Below are positions 18,602 to 29,415 of a stretch of 64,000 bases of DNA, in pieces. Origin of the DNA: an uncultured Candidatus Saccharibacteria bacterium. Lineage in GTDB: Bacteria; Patescibacteriota; Doudnabacteria; UBA920. Both the position numbers and the translations under genes were made by a program. Numbering within the stretch: the stretch's first letter is position 1; each line of letters begins with the position of its first letter. The notes under the pieces were generated by a model. It ran no database searches. It saw only the letters and a program-made list of their open reading frames with translations, and had not been told where the DNA came from. Location: contig CAZLNP010000004.1 in the NCBI GenBank assembly GCA_964561085.1, positions 15,580 to 79,579 of the forward strand. Direction: 5' to 3'.

Positions 18602-19145
18602 TAGGGGTTAATACTTTGGCTACGCCTGCATTGATTTGTTGATCAGCAATATTTAGCAAAGAGCGAGTTGTAAATTTAACTTCCTGCCCCCACTCGTTTA
18701 CTTCAATAACTAGCGCGCTGTGTTCTTCATTGGCTTGTTCTTTGAATTCAACTTCCTTCCATTCAAGACTGTCTTTTATGACTTTCAAATCTGGAACAAT
18801 TAATTCGATATGATCTATAAGATCATACGTAGTTGCAATAGCATCTGGTTTTGGCTCCATTATTTCTAACAAGCTCACTTTGCCAAACGTGCCAGCATCT
18901 AAAGACTCTTTCAAGATAGATAAGGCAAGATTACGCTCCCCCACTTTTTCTTGAGAAATACGCGATGAAAGAGGCAAATACATCTTTATGTATTGCTCAT
19001 AGACTTCTTTATTGAGGCCTTTTATTGCAACATGATCAACTGGTAAGTCTATTACCAATTCAGCCAAGCCATATGAATAAAAGAATAGCTTAACTTCTTC
19101 TGCGTATGCAGGTAGTAATTGTTGAAGGCGTTCGGGAGTAATCAT
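18594..19145 (-). CDS. Hypothetical protein (183 aa)
   Basis: Clean ORF overlapping the UDG start by 8 nt and abutting the secA stop. No recognizable motifs. Confidence 0.4.
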   Translation of the reverse strand: MITPERLQQLLPAYAEEVKLFFYSYGLAELVIDLPVDHVAIKGLNKEVYEQYIKMYLPLSSRISQEKVGERNLALSILKESLDAGTFGKVSLLEIMEPKPDAIATTYDLIDHIELIVPDLKVIKDSLEWKEVEFKEQANEEHSALVIEVNEWGQEVKFTTRSLLNIADQQINAGVAKVLTPND

Positions 19146-21956
19146 TTACCCTCCAGTTACGGCGTGAGTGCTTGACCCGCCTGCTAAATTCTTTTTATGT
19201 TCAGGAGAATTAACCAAACCGCACTTCTTATATTTTGCCCCGCTACCACAGTAGCATTTATCGTTACGACCAATTCCTTGCGCTCGAGGATCAGTATCTG
19301 CATTTGCGTCAACTACTTGTTGTTTGGGAGCCGTACCGTTATTTGCACCATCACCTAAAGAGTTCGCAGCTGCATCACTGCCTGACAAGACGATGTTAGA
19401 CGGTCCACCAGCCTGAGCTTGAGGAGCTTCGTGAGTATGAACTTTTAAAATAGAATAGATTACTTGCTTGTCTATTTCTGCAAGTAAACGTTGGAATAAT
19501 TGGAAACCTTCACGCTTGTATTCCACCAAAGGATCTCGTTGGCCATAGCCACGCAAACGCACTGAATCTCGCAAATGATCCATGGTATCCAAGTGCTCCA
19601 TCCACAATGTATCGATTGCCTGCAGATTCATGTAGCACATGATGTCCCGATATTGCTCAACACCAATTTCAGCTTCTCTTTCATCCAAAACCTTAGCAGC
19701 GCTATTGTACAGCTCATCGATTAAAACAAACTCACGATTAGCAGCATTTGCCATCGCTTCTTGAGCAGTCTGTTTAACGGAGTCTGCGATTGGGAAAATA
19801 GTATTTACTGTCTCAAAGATTTCCTTTAAAGCTAATTCTTCGTTATCCTGAGCTTCAAAGTTACTTTCTACGATGTATTCAATTTCATCGCGAAGCATTT
19901 CTAGGATTTGAGATTTAACATCAAACTTTTCAGTTTGACCTGCAAGATACTGGCGGCGACGCTTGTATACAACGGTACGCTGGCTGTTCAAAACATCATC
20001 AAATTCAAGTACGTGTTTACGAGTATCAAAGTTCAGACCTTCAATTTTCTTCTGAGCAGATTCAATAGAACGAGAAACCAATTTGGCTTCAACTGGTTGG
20101 TCATCTGCAATGCGCAATGTAGTCATCATGCTTTGCATCTTTTCACCACCGAATAGGCGCATTAAGTCATCTCCCATAGATACGTAGAATTGACTGCTTC
20201 CTGGGTCACCCTGACGTCCTGCACGACCACGTAGCTGGTTATCGATGCGACGTGATTCGTGTCTTTCTGTACCAATTACGGCCAAACCACCAGCTTCACG
20301 CACTTTCTCAGCCTCTTCTTTGTTTACAGGGTTTCCACCCAAAAGAATGTCTACACCACGACCAGCAATGTTTGTCGCAAGTGTCACGGCTCCGTACTTA
20401 CCAGCTTGGGCTACAATTTGAGCTTCACGTTCATGGTTTTTTGCATTCAAAAGTTCAAATGGCACACCTTCTTTTTTCAAGTACTCAGCCAAAAGTTCGT
20501 TCTTAGCGATGCTAACAGTACCGATCAAAACTGGCTGACCATTTTTATGACGCTCTTTTACATCTTTAGCAATTGCTGCAAATTTACCTTCTTCATTTTT
20601 GTAAATTAAATCGGAAAGATCTTTACGGACCATTTCGTTATTAGTCGGGATTTGAACAACTTCCAACTGATAGATCTTAAAGAATTCTTCTTCTTCAGTC
20701 TTAGCTGTACCAGTCATACCAGAAAGGCGTCCGTACAAACGGAATAAGTTTTGAAAAGTGATGGTAGCCAAAGTTTTGCTTTCTTGCTGAATCTTCACAC
20801 CTTCTTTTGCTTCGATCGCTTGGTGCAAACCTTCTGAGTAACGACGACCAAACATTAAGCGACCAGTGAATTCATCTACAATAACAATTTCACCATCACG
20901 AGCAACATAGTCACGATCTTTCAAGTACAAAGTCTTTGCACGTAAGGCCTGCTCAATATGATGAAGAGTCGTCACACCTTTAGTAGTGTCGTAAATGTTA
21001 TCTATATTTAGAATCTTTTGGATTTTATCTATACCTTCGTCTGTAAGGTTGGCTGCTTTATGCTTTTCATCAACGTTATAATCTTCATTTTCTTGCAGGC
21101 GAAGAACCATCTTTGAAAACTCAACGTATTTATCTGTTGGGTCTGTATCTGGTTGAGAAATAATCAAAGGGGTGCGGGCTTCATCAATTAAGATACTGTC
21201 GACTTCGTCTACAATTACAAAGAACAGTTCGCGTTGACGGAGAGCTGATACTTGCTGGACCATGTTGTCGCGCAAGTAATCAAAACCATATTCATTATTG
21301 GTACCGTAAGTAATATCTGCCGCGTATGCTTCCTGGCGAGAAACTGGACGCATGTGCTTTACATCCAATACTAGTCCTTGAGTCTCACCTTCCAAGCGAT
21401 CAATTTCTTCTTGTTCAGGTTGATAGCTTGTGTCGTATTTGAAAGATGCTTCATGTTGAATGCTGGCAACTGTTAGACCAAGCTGATCGTAAACTTTACC
21501 CATATCACTTGCTTGCCAACGAGCCAAGTAGTCATTAACAGTTACAAGATGAGTGCCACGACCAGCTAAAGCGAAAAGTGCAATTGGCAAAGTCGCTGTT
21601 AAAGTTTTACCTTCACCAGTTTTCATTTCCGCAATCTTACCTTCTGCCAACGCAATGCCACCAGCAAGTTGCACTTCGTAGTGGAACTGGCCACGTGCTC
21701 TTTTGGAAGCTTCGCGAGTCAACGCAAAAACCCGAGGACGAAGCTCGGCAAGTTTCTTAAATATTTTATCCTGATGCTCTTCACCTGCTGGGATTTCAGC
21801 CAACTGAGCTTTGTATTTTTGAATTTCTTCTTTTATAGCTTCATCAGAAAGTGCTGCGATCTCTTCTTTATAGCTATTAATTTTAGCGATTTCGGATGCA
21901 TACTTAGCTAGAGGATCACCTTTGGCAGCTCGGAATAGGTTTGTAATGAATGACAT
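19146..21956 (-). CDS. secA: Preprotein translocase ATPase SecA
   Basis: Full DEAD-like motor motifs and a C-terminal zinc finger (CYCGSGAKYKKC). The start is placed at the internal Met (MSFITNLFR...), which matches the canonical SecA N-terminus. Confidence 0.95.
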   Translation of the reverse strand: MSFITNLFRAAKGDPLAKYASEIAKINSYKEEIAALSDEAIKEEIQKYKAQLAEIPAGEEHQDKIFKKLAELRPRVFALTREASKRARGQFHYEVQLAGGIALAEGKIAEMKTGEGKTLTATLPIALFALAGRGTHLVTVNDYLARWQASDMGKVYDQLGLTVASIQHEASFKYDTSYQPEQEEIDRLEGETQGLVLDVKHMRPVSRQEAYAADITYGTNNEYGFDYLRDNMVQQVSALRQRELFFVIVDEVDSILIDEARTPLIISQPDTDPTDKYVEFSKMVLRLQENEDYNVDEKHKAANLTDEGIDKIQKILNIDNIYDTTKGVTTLHHIEQALRAKTLYLKDRDYVARDGEIVIVDEFTGRLMFGRRYSEGLHQAIEAKEGVKIQQESKTLATITFQNLFRLYGRLSGMTGTAKTEEEEFFKIYQLEVVQIPTNNEMVRKDLSDLIYKNEEGKFAAIAKDVKERHKNGQPVLIGTVSIAKNELLAEYLKKEGVPFELLNAKNHEREAQIVAQAGKYGAVTLATNIAGRGVDILLGGNPVNKEEAEKVREAGGLAVIGTERHESRRIDNQLRGRAGRQGDPGSSQFYVSMGDDLMRLFGGEKMQSMMTTLRIADDQPVEAKLVSRSIESAQKKIEGLNFDTRKHVLEFDDVLNSQRTVVYKRRRQYLAGQTEKFDVKSQILEMLRDEIEYIVESNFEAQDNEELALKEIFETVNTIFPIADSVKQTAQEAMANAANREFVLIDELYNSAAKVLDEREAEIGVEQYRDIMCYMNLQAIDTLWMEHLDTMDHLRDSVRLRGYGQRDPLVEYKREGFQLFQRLLAEIDKQVIYSILKVHTHEAPQAQAGGPSNIVLSGSDAAANSLGDGANNGTAPKQQVVDANADTDPRAQGIGRNDKCYCGSGAKYKKCGLVNSPEHKKNLAGGSSTHAVTGG

Positions 21957-22107
21957 GTAAATATAAGTAATAATAGAGATATAAAAACCCAAGCATTCAT
22001 GGGAATTTCGATTAATTATAGCACTATTTGGCAGTGAGTCCTATTGACAATGACTCATTTTTGTGATTTAATAAATCTGGTTTTGAATGATTTTTCTGGA
22101 GGGAATT

Positions 22108-22380
22108 ATGATCGATAACACAAATGGTGGGAAAACTCACATTCAAGCTGGTGATTATGCAGAGTTTAAACCATCTTCAAGCAAGATAACTTTTCGTCGC
22201 CCATCCACAGTCCTAGATTTTGATGATGGTGAAAACGGAAAGGAATATCACACGTTCTACTTGATAAAGAAGCAGCGTGATTTCGTGGACTTGTGCAACT
22301 TCATAGCTGTAATGTATGGTCTAAAAACATCTGAAATTCGGGTTGGTTCATGCGACTATTGGTATATCGAGTTTCAGTAG
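22108..22380 (+). CDS. Hypothetical small protein (90 aa)
   Basis: A GGAGGG Shine-Dalgarno sits 5 nt upstream of the 22108 ATG. A TTGACA-17-TTTAAT promoter-like element lies at 22044-22072. The 3' end overlaps the convergent methyltransferase gene by about 33 nt. Confidence 0.4.
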   Translation: MIDNTNGGKTHIQAGDYAEFKPSSSKITFRRPSTVLDFDDGENGKEYHTFYLIKKQRDFVDLCNFIAVMYGLKTSEIRVGSCDYWYIEFQ

Positions 22381-23040
22381 CCAAAACTGGCGTTTGTATG
22401 GCTTGCCGTCGATGATGGTATAGCTGTGCTTGCGTTCTAACTCTTGTATGTTGAATTCGCTATACAGCGATTCAATGTCTTCTCTACTAAAGACACGTTC
22501 TGTGATTCCGGTCCCCGGCATTAAGTACGTGTCTTTTTCTTTGCCGGGAAAATGTTCCAGCATGTACTCTGCGTTCTTGTCGCCATCTTTGCATAAAGTT
22601 TTTATAAACATATGTCCACCTGGTTTTAGAACACGCAAACATTCGGAGATATACTTACTCCGCTCTTTTTCTGAAAGCGACATAGAAGAAACGACATCTA
22701 AAATTAGATCGAACTCATTATCTTTAAAATTAAGTTTGTTCCCAAAGCTTCCTTCGATGAATTCTGCGAACAGTCCGCGTTCTTCGGCACGCTGCTCCGC
22801 AATTTTTACAGCCGTTGTAGAGAGTTCAATTCCTACTACGTCACTTCCCCGCTCCGCAAGAAACAAACTGTTCTTTCCTGTACCGCTACCCAAATCCAAA
22901 ACACGCAAACCGTCTAGGTCTACGTGCTCTGTTTTGCGAAGCCACTTAATATAATGTTTAAAATCTAACTGGGGCTCATCTGAGTTAGTAATTAACTGTG
23001 GATTTCTGTATTCTTTTTCCCAAACATCAAATTGTGCCAC
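22348..23040 (-). CDS. Class I SAM-dependent methyltransferase
   Basis: Motif I VLDLGSGTGKNSLFLAERG and a post-I acidic residue (DVVGIE). Length is 230 aa. Confidence 0.7.
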   Translation of the reverse strand: MAQFDVWEKEYRNPQLITNSDEPQLDFKHYIKWLRKTEHVDLDGLRVLDLGSGTGKNSLFLAERGSDVVGIELSTTAVKIAEQRAEERGLFAEFIEGSFGNKLNFKDNEFDLILDVVSSMSLSEKERSKYISECLRVLKPGGHMFIKTLCKDGDKNAEYMLEHFPGKEKDTYLMPGTGITERVFSREDIESLYSEFNIQELERKHSYTIIDGKPYKRQFWLLKLDIPIVA

Positions 23041-23375
23041 TAGTTTTGACTACGTTTAAATAGGTTGCCCAATTTACGTCTCAAACTTAGGCGTTTATCT
23101 TTAGTTTTAGTCATTTGCTGCTTAATCTTTGGCAAAACTAAGTCGATTGCTTCGTAAAAGTCATTGCCATTTGCTTCTGCATAGTAGCCATGCGGTGCTA
23201 TCTGCACTTCTACTCGGCTAAATAATCCAGTTTTATGACGAGTATCTTCTTCAACTTCAACGTGAATCTTGTCTTCTGTCTTCAAAAAGCCTTCTAAGGA
23301 GCTCAATTTCTGTTCAATAGTACTTCGGATCGCATCCGTTAGCGTGGTATTCGTAGCTTTGATAGTAATATTCAT
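23040..23375 (-). CDS. hpf: Ribosome hibernation promoting factor (short HPF/RaiA)
   Basis: The sequence fits the RaiA/HPF family pattern (MNITIKATNTTLTDAIRSTIEQKL...VEVEED...FSRVEVQIAPHGYYAEANGNDFYEAIDLV). Length is 111 aa. Confidence 0.8.
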   Translation of the reverse strand: MNITIKATNTTLTDAIRSTIEQKLSSLEGFLKTEDKIHVEVEEDTRHKTGLFSRVEVQIAPHGYYAEANGNDFYEAIDLVLPKIKQQMTKTKDKRLSLRRKLGNLFKRSQN

Positions 23376-23417
23376 AGCTTTGCTCCTCTATTATTTAATT
23401 ACTTAATCTTAATCTAA

Positions 23418-24863
23418 TTATACCATCAGATCTTGGGCAAGGAGGTTAAAGTTGCCCACAGCCATCACAATAACTACATCACCTGGCTTTAATTCGCCCT
23501 TAAGTAAGGCTAAAGCTGCTTTTTTATCCTCAACTAAGCGAACATGTTCATGGCTTTTGCCAATAGCCTCTACCACTTGAGCGCCTGTAATACTTTCCGC
23601 GGTTTTCACTTCACGAGCAGGATAGATTTCTGCCAGAAGAACTTCATCTGCCGATCCAAAAGACTTTGCCAACTCTTCTAAAGTCGCAGATGTTCGACTG
23701 TAAGTATGAGGTTCGAATACAGCCCAGATTTTCTTGTCTGGAAACTTAGTGCGAGCGGCTTTAAGTGTTTCTAAAACAGCTGTTGGGTGATGCGCATAGT
23801 CATCATAGATTGTTACTCCATTGTTTTTTCCAATGAGTTCAAAACGACGCTTAACTCCATAGTAAGAAGAGATTCCATCTTGAACTTGCTCTTGAGAGAA
23901 TCCTAAAGTGCGTAGCAATGCGATTACTCCTAAAGCATTGTAAACGTTAATATCACCAAATAAATTTATCTGGTAGTTTTCAATAATTGGTTCGGTCTTT
24001 TCGGTTGTACCTGGTTTGATCTTTGTCCAAGCTACATCAAACGATGTACCTGTTTCATCTGCAACCAAATTGGTCGCTCGGAAGTCAGCCGGATTATTTA
24101 ATGCAAAGGAAACTTGACCGACATTATTTTCATGCATCAACATTGCAAGTGATATATCATCTGCGTTGTAGACAGCGACTCCATCACTTGGAAGAGCTGC
24201 AATCAGTTGGCGGAACTCATCTTGCATTTCTTCTAATGAAGAGAAAATATCTGGATGGTCAAACTCTAAATTGGTTAGAACTAAAATATCTGCTTTGTAC
24301 TGATGGAACTTAGGAATTGGATCATCATAAAGTGCTTTGTATTCATCGCCTTCGAACACAAAATAGTGTCCTTCTCCAACATGAAAGTTTGTTTCTTCGT
24401 GCTGAAGAACTGCACCAGTCATATATGAAGAGTCATCAATTTCTTGTAAAGTTTTCCCAAGCATTCCAGTTGTGGTTGACTTCCCATGAGTTCCCGCAAC
24501 AACAACGCGCAATTTTTCTTGAGAAAGAGCTGCTAAAAGTTCACTGAAAGAATGAACTTGAATTCCGCGCTCAACTAAGTAAGCCACTTCAGGGTTCGAT
24601 TCGCTTTCCCCAGAAGAAGCGATGTACAAATCTGCAGAGTTATCCTGAATGTTTTCTATCGCATAACCAGCAACGTATTCTATGCCGTTTGATTCTAAAA
24701 CTTGTTTTGCCGGGTCGTATAACTCTTTACTATCACTCCCACGCACCTCAAAGCCTAGTTGAGCGGCAATACCAGCAGCTGCTGACATTCCTACACCACC
24801 AATACCAATGAAATATATGGATTTAACTCCTTCTAGGAGATCTAGATTTTCTGAATATGTCAT
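23418..24863 (-). CDS. murC: UDP-N-acetylmuramate--L-alanine ligase
   Basis: N-terminal YFIGIGGVGMSAAA and the Mur ligase P-loop AGTHGKSTTTGML. Length is 481 aa. Confidence 0.85.
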   Translation of the reverse strand: MTYSENLDLLEGVKSIYFIGIGGVGMSAAAGIAAQLGFEVRGSDSKELYDPAKQVLESNGIEYVAGYAIENIQDNSADLYIASSGESESNPEVAYLVERGIQVHSFSELLAALSQEKLRVVVAGTHGKSTTTGMLGKTLQEIDDSSYMTGAVLQHEETNFHVGEGHYFVFEGDEYKALYDDPIPKFHQYKADILVLTNLEFDHPDIFSSLEEMQDEFRQLIAALPSDGVAVYNADDISLAMLMHENNVGQVSFALNNPADFRATNLVADETGTSFDVAWTKIKPGTTEKTEPIIENYQINLFGDINVYNALGVIALLRTLGFSQEQVQDGISSYYGVKRRFELIGKNNGVTIYDDYAHHPTAVLETLKAARTKFPDKKIWAVFEPHTYSRTSATLEELAKSFGSADEVLLAEIYPAREVKTAESITGAQVVEAIGKSHEHVRLVEDKKAALALLKGELKPGDVVIVMAVGNFNLLAQDLMV

Positions 24864-24865
24864 AC

Positions 24866-25942
24866 CTAATCATTAATTGTAGTTTTTAGTAAACTCTTCA
24901 CTTTTTCTTCGCGACTATTTAACTCACTCTCTTTATCGGACAGTAGCTGCCAAAGTCCGGGAAGGTTTTGTAATGCCACTCTTCTCCCTGCTTTATAGTA
25001 TTCTTCAGTGCTACTGAAATCTGTGAAATGTAAATATAGATAACGTTTCCAAAAAGTAGGTGGCGCAACATCTGGAGTAAGGATTATATCGCAATTATAA
25101 TTTTCATCTTTTTCTTGCTCTTTCTGAGCTTTAATAGCCAGACCAATGGCTTTATCTAAAACTGTAAAGATACCAGGATACAAAGTCTTATCGTGTAAGC
25201 GGTCTACATTTTCATAAGCACCTAGAGCATCTTCATAATCTAAAATGCCTTTAAAGTTTCTCCAAAGTTGATTAATCTGACTAGGCCACAATATCTGCTT
25301 AATTAAATCAAGACTCTTTTTCAGCATGATTTGCCACGAGCTAAATATGTGCCTAGTTGCACGCATATCTACACCAATTACAACATCCATGTTCGCCTCA
25401 CGCGCTACGTTTCCTGGCACTATGTTAATTATACCTCCATCAAGGAGTTGTTTATTCCCCCATTCAAAAGGCTGGAAAACTCCCGGCAATGTGCAAGATG
25501 CGCAAACAGCTTTGGCTATATCACCAACTTGTAAAGTCACCTCAGAGTTTTTAGGGTCTGTAGCAGAGATATCAGTTGTAACAAAACTTAATCTTGGGTT
25601 CACTTCTTCAAACTTTTTGTTCTTTGTATAAACTCGAAGCAAAGCTTCAACTTTATCTAAATGATATAAACCTCCACGGCCCTTGCTTCTTTCAATTAAA
25701 TTGAAAATTAGCTCTTTGTCCATTCCCAAAGCCATTTGTTTAAGAGCAGGCAAGGTACCGCAAGCAAAACTTGCAGCCACTACTGCGCCACCAGACATTG
25801 CTGAAATGTAATCAATTGGAAAACCATTCTCTTCAAGGACCTCTAAGAACCCAATGTAAAAGACGCTGCGTGAAGAAGCACCGCTGAAAGCAAATCCAAC
25901 CGTCGGTCTATTGTTTGAATGTGGAATACTGTTTCTATTCAT
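24866..25942 (-). CDS. Patatin-like phospholipase
   Basis: GxSxG-type nucleophile elbow (SAMSGGA) plus the DGG catalytic-dyad motif (LLDGGIINIVPG). Confidence 0.65.
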   Translation of the reverse strand: MNRNSIPHSNNRPTVGFAFSGASSRSVFYIGFLEVLEENGFPIDYISAMSGGAVVAASFACGTLPALKQMALGMDKELIFNLIERSKGRGGLYHLDKVEALLRVYTKNKKFEEVNPRLSFVTTDISATDPKNSEVTLQVGDIAKAVCASCTLPGVFQPFEWGNKQLLDGGIINIVPGNVAREANMDVVIGVDMRATRHIFSSWQIMLKKSLDLIKQILWPSQINQLWRNFKGILDYEDALGAYENVDRLHDKTLYPGIFTVLDKAIGLAIKAQKEQEKDENYNCDIILTPDVAPPTFWKRYLYLHFTDFSSTEEYYKAGRRVALQNLPGLWQLLSDKESELNSREEKVKSLLKTTIND

Positions 25943-27086
25943 GAATAACTTTCTTTATTACAGTTAACATTTTTTCTGTTGCATTAGGCGGCATTATTGA
26001 GTGGATATTCTTTTGCATTTCTTCCTGAAGCTCTTTGTCGAAGAGGATTTTACGAACACCTTTTGCTAAAGTATCTGGGGTTATATCCTTTTCATCTAAA
26101 ATAATGGCTGCGTTTTTATCGTATAAATACTGAGCGTTCCACTCTTGGTGAGTTTCTGGCATTGGCACAATAATACTAAGTTTTCGCAAAGCAGACAATG
26201 CCGTAATAGCCCCTATACCTGCCCGGCTAATTACAATGTCAGCTGCCATGTATGCCTGATCAACTTTGTTAATGAACTCGTATTGATGATACCTGTCGTG
26301 GCCATGCGCTATGTCTATGGCCGGATTAATCAACTTCCCTGGTCCAGTACTATGAATAACCTGGGCAACTTTCAAAAGCTCGGGCAAGTTATGCTCCAAT
26401 GCCGCATTTAATCCTCGGGCTCCGCTGCCACCACCAATTACTAATACTGTCGGCCAATCGTGATCGAGCTTAAATAAATTACGAGCGACATTTCTTTCTT
26501 CATCTGTTGGGGAAACGTTATTTAGTTCTGTTGGGTTACCGGTCCACTCAATTTTTGTATATTGTGAATAGTTTTTTTCAAAACCTGAACCTTGAGGAAA
26601 ATCCTTTAATGATTTTTCAAATGTTGTAGTTACTTTATTTGCAAAAGGGGTACAAATTCTATTTGAAAATGTGGGGACTATATCTTGTTGATGAATCACT
26701 CTCGGGATTCTTAGAAGCCATGCTGCGACTATAACTGGGACTTGAACATAACCGCCAGCACCAACAACTACCTTCGGCTTTAGAGCTAGCAACAAAATAA
26801 GCGACTGTATTAACCCAATTAAAGTTAAAAAGGGTGAAACAATATTTTTAAAAGACCAATAGCGCCGGAGTTTGCCTGAAGTGATTTTTTTAAATTTGTA
26901 GCCACGGGCTGGAACAATTCTAGCTGCTACTGAATTCTTTATATCCAAAAAGACTGGCTCAATCTTTGAGTCTTGTTTAATCCACGCATCAGCCAAAGCT
27001 AATAATGGCATTACAGGTCCAGCTGTTTCACCGCCAACAAAGATTACTTTTTTTGTTTTATTTATACTATTCATTTTCTGGTTCAA
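25935..27086 (-). CDS. murG: Undecaprenyldiphospho-muramoylpentapeptide beta-N-acetylglucosaminyltransferase
   Basis: GT28 N-terminal motif (VIFVGGETAGPVMPLLALA) and C-terminal GGSGARGLN. Confidence 0.8.
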   Translation of the reverse strand: MNQKMNSINKTKKVIFVGGETAGPVMPLLALADAWIKQDSKIEPVFLDIKNSVAARIVPARGYKFKKITSGKLRRYWSFKNIVSPFLTLIGLIQSLILLLALKPKVVVGAGGYVQVPVIVAAWLLRIPRVIHQQDIVPTFSNRICTPFANKVTTTFEKSLKDFPQGSGFEKNYSQYTKIEWTGNPTELNNVSPTDEERNVARNLFKLDHDWPTVLVIGGGSGARGLNAALEHNLPELLKVAQVIHSTGPGKLINPAIDIAHGHDRYHQYEFINKVDQAYMAADIVISRAGIGAITALSALRKLSIIVPMPETHQEWNAQYLYDKNAAIILDEKDITPDTLAKGVRKILFDKELQEEMQKNIHSIMPPNATEKMLTVIKKVIHE

Positions 27087-28227
27087 AATTTGTTTGTCTA
27101 GTTTGATTTTTACCTACTGCTTTATTGTACACTTCCAATGTTTGCTTAGCGGTTTCTGCCCAGTCGAAGTACCGTACCCGAGCAATACTCTTTTGTTGCA
27201 TTTGAGCATGGAACTGTGTGTCTTGCGAAACTAACTTCATATGCTCAGCAATATCCTCTGGATCTAATGGGTCAAAGTAAATAGCGCCGTTGTCGTAAAC
27301 CTCATTAAAGACTTCTGTGTTTGATGCCAGTACAGGTAGCCCATAACGCATAGCTTCAAGCCCTGGCAAGCCAAAGCCTTCGTGAAGCGAAGTTGTAATG
27401 AAAGCATAAGCACCCTGGTATAAAGCAGCTTGATCTTCATCTTCTACAAATCCCGTCAGAACCAAGCGGTTTCTGTGAGAGATATCCATAATCTGATCTT
27501 TAATTTCTGGATAGTGCGAATCAACTTTACCTGCGATCACCAAGTCCATATCGAACTTGTATTTGCTAAGGAACAAGTCGAAAGCTTTCGCAAGCATTGG
27601 AATGTTCTTTTTTCTTTCCAAAGTTCCCACGAATAGAAAATATGGTCGGCTTAGTAAATACTTTTCCTTAACTTTTTCTATATTAGCCGGCGCCACTTCT
27701 TGATCTGTCGGGGCTTCGTACGTAACAATAATCTTTTCTGGATCAACTTCTAAATACTTTACGATTTCTTTCTTAGCCGATTCAGTCACAGTGATTATGA
27801 CTTTTGCATTTTCTGCCGCTTTCTTAATTAAATATTGATACGCATAGAACTTCCAGACTCTAGACTTCTTATGACCGCTAATCTTGTGGTGTACCATGTC
27901 GTGAATTGTCACTACATATGGTTTTTTATATCTAAGCGGTACATTAAAATTTGGAAAATGCATTAAATCCAAATCGTACTTGTTTAAAATTTTAGGCAAG
28001 GATAATTGCTCGCCAAATGAATAGTGCCGTATATTAGTTTCGACTAATTCTGCTCCCAACTTTTTCAGAGCTTTTAAATCATTCGGGTTGTAATTTTTTT
28101 TGTTATAAAAAACAAAATATTGATTATCCGGATTTAGCTCGATCATGTGAGTGAGCAACTCAAAACTATACCGGCCTAAGCCCGCATTGATACTACCACC
28201 CATTCTAAAATCAAATCCGATTTTCAT
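27067..28227 (-). CDS. Glycosyltransferase family 4
   Basis: EX7E motif region EGFGLPGLEAMRYGLPVLASN. Confidence 0.8.
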   Translation of the reverse strand: MKIGFDFRMGGSINAGLGRYSFELLTHMIELNPDNQYFVFYNKKNYNPNDLKALKKLGAELVETNIRHYSFGEQLSLPKILNKYDLDLMHFPNFNVPLRYKKPYVVTIHDMVHHKISGHKKSRVWKFYAYQYLIKKAAENAKVIITVTESAKKEIVKYLEVDPEKIIVTYEAPTDQEVAPANIEKVKEKYLLSRPYFLFVGTLERKKNIPMLAKAFDLFLSKYKFDMDLVIAGKVDSHYPEIKDQIMDISHRNRLVLTGFVEDEDQAALYQGAYAFITTSLHEGFGLPGLEAMRYGLPVLASNTEVFNEVYDNGAIYFDPLDPEDIAEHMKLVSQDTQFHAQMQQKSIARVRYFDWAETAKQTLEVYNKAVGKNQTRQTNFEPENE

Positions 28228-28233
28228 CTTACT

Positions 28234-29415
28234 TTAGTGTATTACTGATTTAATAATTGCTGCGCACTTTGTCCAAGTAAAAAGTTTGCTACGCTCAATC
28301 CCCTTTGCTGAGTAATACTGGCGAAGCTGATCATCAAGATGCAAGCGGGTCAGCCCTTCAGCGATATCAGAAACATTGTATGGATTTATTAGCAAAGCAG
28401 AGTCACCGGCTACTTCTGGCAAACTTGAAACATTTGAAGTCAAAACTGGGGTACCTACGGCCATCGCCTCTAATACTGGTAATCCAAATCCTTCGTACAT
28501 ACTTGGATATGCAAATACTCGGGCCAACTTCATAATATATGGTTTATCTGCTTCAGGTACGTAACCCAACAGTTTAATGAAACGGCGCTTAGGACTTTGG
28601 TCGATCTGTCTTAATAATGCAGAATACTTCCAGCCAAGTCTCCCAGCAATCACCAATGAGATTGGTTCTTTCACCTGCTCCAAAGCTTCAATCAAACGGG
28701 ATAAGTTTTTCCTAGGCTCTACAGTCCCAACAAATAGTATGAAATCACCTGGTAATCCGTAACGATTCCGAACATCTCTTAGCTTATCAACACTTAAATT
28801 AGGTCGGTAGTTGTCATGGTCGACACCTAAAGGAGCAACAGTAATTTTGTGCTCAGGGATATTCAGCATCTCCATCATCGAAGTTTTAGTGAATTCGGAG
28901 ACTGCTACAAGGTTATTAGCTCGCGCTAAGAGTTTTGGAATGTTAATAAACCAATGCCAGATTCTTGCTTTCAAATTATAGAATTGCGGAACTGCTAATG
29001 GCGATAGGTCATGGACCGTTAATACAACTTTTGTACCGGGATCTACAGAAAGCATATTCCAATTTGGCATAAACAAAACATCACAAAGTCCAGTAAGCTT
29101 TTCTAACTTTGGGTAACTAAAAAACTTCAAAGATAGATTTAGTAACCTATTTGGTATGCGTGTCTGTTTGTACTGTGCATTAATGTAGTGAAAGTATTCA
29201 AACTTCTTAGGATTAAAGCCATTGTAAAACAATCGGTAAATAGTATCACGATCTTCTGCGAGCAATTCCTCTAAAACATTAACAGCGAAGCTTTCGACGC
29301 CACTAAATTCAGAAGCATGTAGGCTGCGCAAATCTACAGCAATGTTTTTTGCATTACCTGTTTTAGGAAGATGAGGAGCCACTTCAATATTTAGCTGGGT
29401 ACTGATTTCTGGCAT
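28234..29415 (-). CDS. Glycosyltransferase family 4
   Basis: EGFGLPVLEAMAVGTPVLTSN. Confidence 0.8.
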   Translation of the reverse strand: MPEISTQLNIEVAPHLPKTGNAKNIAVDLRSLHASEFSGVESFAVNVLEELLAEDRDTIYRLFYNGFNPKKFEYFHYINAQYKQTRIPNRLLNLSLKFFSYPKLEKLTGLCDVLFMPNWNMLSVDPGTKVVLTVHDLSPLAVPQFYNLKARIWHWFINIPKLLARANNLVAVSEFTKTSMMEMLNIPEHKITVAPLGVDHDNYRPNLSVDKLRDVRNRYGLPGDFILFVGTVEPRKNLSRLIEALEQVKEPISLVIAGRLGWKYSALLRQIDQSPKRRFIKLLGYVPEADKPYIMKLARVFAYPSMYEGFGLPVLEAMAVGTPVLTSNVSSLPEVAGDSALLINPYNVSDIAEGLTRLHLDDQLRQYYSAKGIERSKLFTWTKCAAIIKSVIH

